Source of the DNA: an uncultured Candidatus Rokubacteria bacterium
Lineage (GTDB): Bacteria > Methylomirabilota > Methylomirabilia > Rokubacteriales > CSP1-6
Direction: 5' to 3'
Length of the DNA: 64,000 nucleotides
NCBI GenBank assembly: GCA_963789955.1
Contig: CAWBMV010000037.1
Span: 32,001-96,000, forward strand
In this document: piece after piece, positions 62,516 through 64,000 of the stretch
Position numbering within the stretch: the stretch's first letter is position 1
How the letters are laid out: every line of letters starts with the position of its first letter
Program-made: the position numbers and the translations under genes
The notes under the pieces: model-generated
Seen by the model: only the letters and a program-made list of their open reading frames with translations
The model's database searches: none
What the model was told of the DNA's origin: nothing

Positions 62516-62870
62516 ATCGGCGAGAGACTTATCATGGCGAGTCGGGCCGGTCAACAGCCCTGGCGGCGAGCCCGACGACTCACCCTGATATTCCCTCTTT
62601 CCACCCAGTCGCCCATCGCCACACGGCCTTGCTCATTTCGCTCCGGGACAACGGCGTGGGTGCGGAAGAAGAAGGTGCTCGCCGAGGTGAAGCGGACGCG
62701 CGAGCGCGGCCATTAGCGCCCTTCGCGCCGGTGCGCCGGCCCGGCGCATATTGCTCGATGATTGGCGCTGGAGGCCGCGCTCCCCGCGGCACCCGCGACG
62801 TAGACTGCCGAAGCGAGCGAGCTCGACTGCGGCGTGCCGCCCTGCTCGAGCTCGAGACGACGGAGGCGCT

Positions 62871-63005
62871 ATGGACACCTCGGGCCTGCCTGACGATCTC
62901 GATGTCGCGCTCGGCTTCTTCCACGGGACGATGTTCTCGTTGCCCCTGTGGGGACTCCTGCTCACGCTCTGGTATCTCCTGACCTCGCACGCGGGATATT
63001 CGTAG
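62871..63005 (+). CDS. 44-aa single-TM peptide
   Basis: GGAGG RBS before ATG; hydrophobic segment. Confidence 0.5.
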   Translation: MDTSGLPDDLDVALGFFHGTMFSLPLWGLLLTLWYLLTSHAGYS

Positions 63006-63139
63006 CCCAGAGCACAATCGAGGTTGAGCGGACACGCGCCGGCGCGTATTCTGACGCCATGACGACGCGGCGGCCGCTCGTCGGCCTCGCCGATCTCGAC
63101 GCCGGCCGCATCGCCGTTCCGGAGGTCTCCGCCTAGGGC

Positions 63140-64000
63140 GTGCTCACCATCGAGCACGCGCCCCTGCTCTTCGGACGAGACCCGAGCCCGGCGCTCGTCG
63201 CCTTCGATCTCGCCGACGGCGGGCGCGCGATCCGGCTCTACCGGCGCTCGGGCGAGCGGTACCGTCACCGAGACCGCACCCTTCTCGCCGTTCCTGCTGC
63301 TCGTCGATCGCGATCTGGTGAAGGACGCGCCCGGACTGCTCGCGGTCGATGCGCTCGAGGGCCCCGGCGCGCTGCGCTGGCGGGCGCGCTTCGGGTCGTG
63401 GGGCGAGGCGCTCGGCGCGCGCGACCGCTGTCGCGATCAGTCCGGCCAGATCTGGAACGCGCCCGGCGCGCCGTATCTGTTCCTCGGCGACGCGGTCCAT
63501 CAATATCTCTTGCAGACCGGGCGAACCTCGTTCGGCGGGCTCGTCTTCGCCGACCTCCGCCGGCTGGCGCTCGACATCGAGGTGATGACCGGCGAGGGCC
63601 ACGAGTTTCCGAGCGCGGCACGGCCCGGCGACCGGATCATCGCGGTCGCGCTCGCCGACTCGACCGGCTTCCGTCACGTCGTGCGCGGCGACCGACTCGA
63701 CGAGCGCGCGCTGCTCGAAGAGTGCTCTCGCATCATCCGCGAGCGCGACCCGGACGTGATCGAGGGGCACAACATCTTCCGGTTCGACCTCGAGTATCTC
63801 GAGGCCCGCGCCCGCATGCACCGGGTCGCGCTCGCCTGGGGGCGCGGCGGCGAAACGCTCCGGAGCCGGGTGGCGCGCCTTCAGATCGCGGAGCGCACGA
63901 TCGGCTACCGGCGCTACGAGGTCGCGGGCCGCCACGTCATCGACACGTGGATCCTCGCCCAGCTCCACGACGCGGGCACGCGGGATCTGCCCGGGTTCGG
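63140..64000 (+). CDS. Family-B DNA polymerase, N-terminal and 3'-5' exonuclease region (runs off window; frameshift near 63260)
   Basis: Absent from the ORF track; manual translation gives LALDIEV (ExoI), RERDPDVIEGHNIFRFDLEYL (ExoII), GRHVIDTW. Confidence 0.85.
   Translation, partial: MLTIEHAPLLFGRDPSPALVAFDLADGGRAIRLYRRSGERYRHRDRTLLAVPAARRSRSGEGRARTARGRCARGPRRAALAGALRVVGRGARRARPLSRSVRPDLERARRAVSVPRRRGPSISLADRANLVRRARLRRPPPAGARHRGDDRRGPRVSERGTARRPDHRGRARRLDRLPSRRARRPTRRARAARRVLSHHPRARPGRDRGAQHLPVRPRVSRGPRPHAPGRARLGARRRNAPEPGGAPSDRGAHDRLPALRGRGPPRHRHVDPRPAPRRGHAGSARVR

Overview
High-GC bacterial window. The gene repertoire (ABC_sub_bind protein, zinc-ribbon/cyclase/AAA/TPR protein, many recurrent tiny ORFs) suggests Rokubacteria/Methylomirabilota, but that is inference. 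There are two parts. (1) 1-23.6 kb is an accessory region: two decayed integrative elements stacked in tandem at the 3' end of tRNA-Ala(CGC) (23580-23655, minus strand). The tRNA 3' end is repeated at 5301-5320, both att junctions have identically spaced flanking motifs, and each element carries only a C-terminal tyrosine-integrase fragment. The interior is a mosaic in which a few conserved small modules recur in the same orientation, interleaved with unrelated cargo genes and abrupt gene chimeras. The modules are the 'MLDQRGxLLRA...WRATFYTTGMEHSP' ORF, the 'HRPH...CPCGVVFGRWVTP' ORF and the ABC substrate-binding-protein tail 'ADQVIE*'. The region also holds an 847-bp near-identical duplication shared by the two elements, a pseudokinase and a lipoprotein sharing a C-terminal DxRAVIDWLLNP tag, duplicated G-quadruplex motifs, and Mrr-like/DUF4145 defence-type genes. 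(2) 23.7-64 kb is mostly minus-strand core genome: slipin-NfeD-speB-sufS-sufU, a form II CO-dehydrogenase-like coxSLM cluster with Moco accessory genes, an ISNCY/IS1202-type IS, larBCE without larA, pfkB-mtnP-mtaB-rlmN, a CPA2 antiporter, glycerate kinase, an aminotransferase-NIL-ThiS/MoaD-ThrC-like cluster, membrane proteins, a decayed modE/MOT1/Crp patch and the start of a family-B DNA polymerase. Many core genes have single-base frameshifts that most likely reflect sequencing or assembly errors. All family assignments come from motif recognition; no database search was run.
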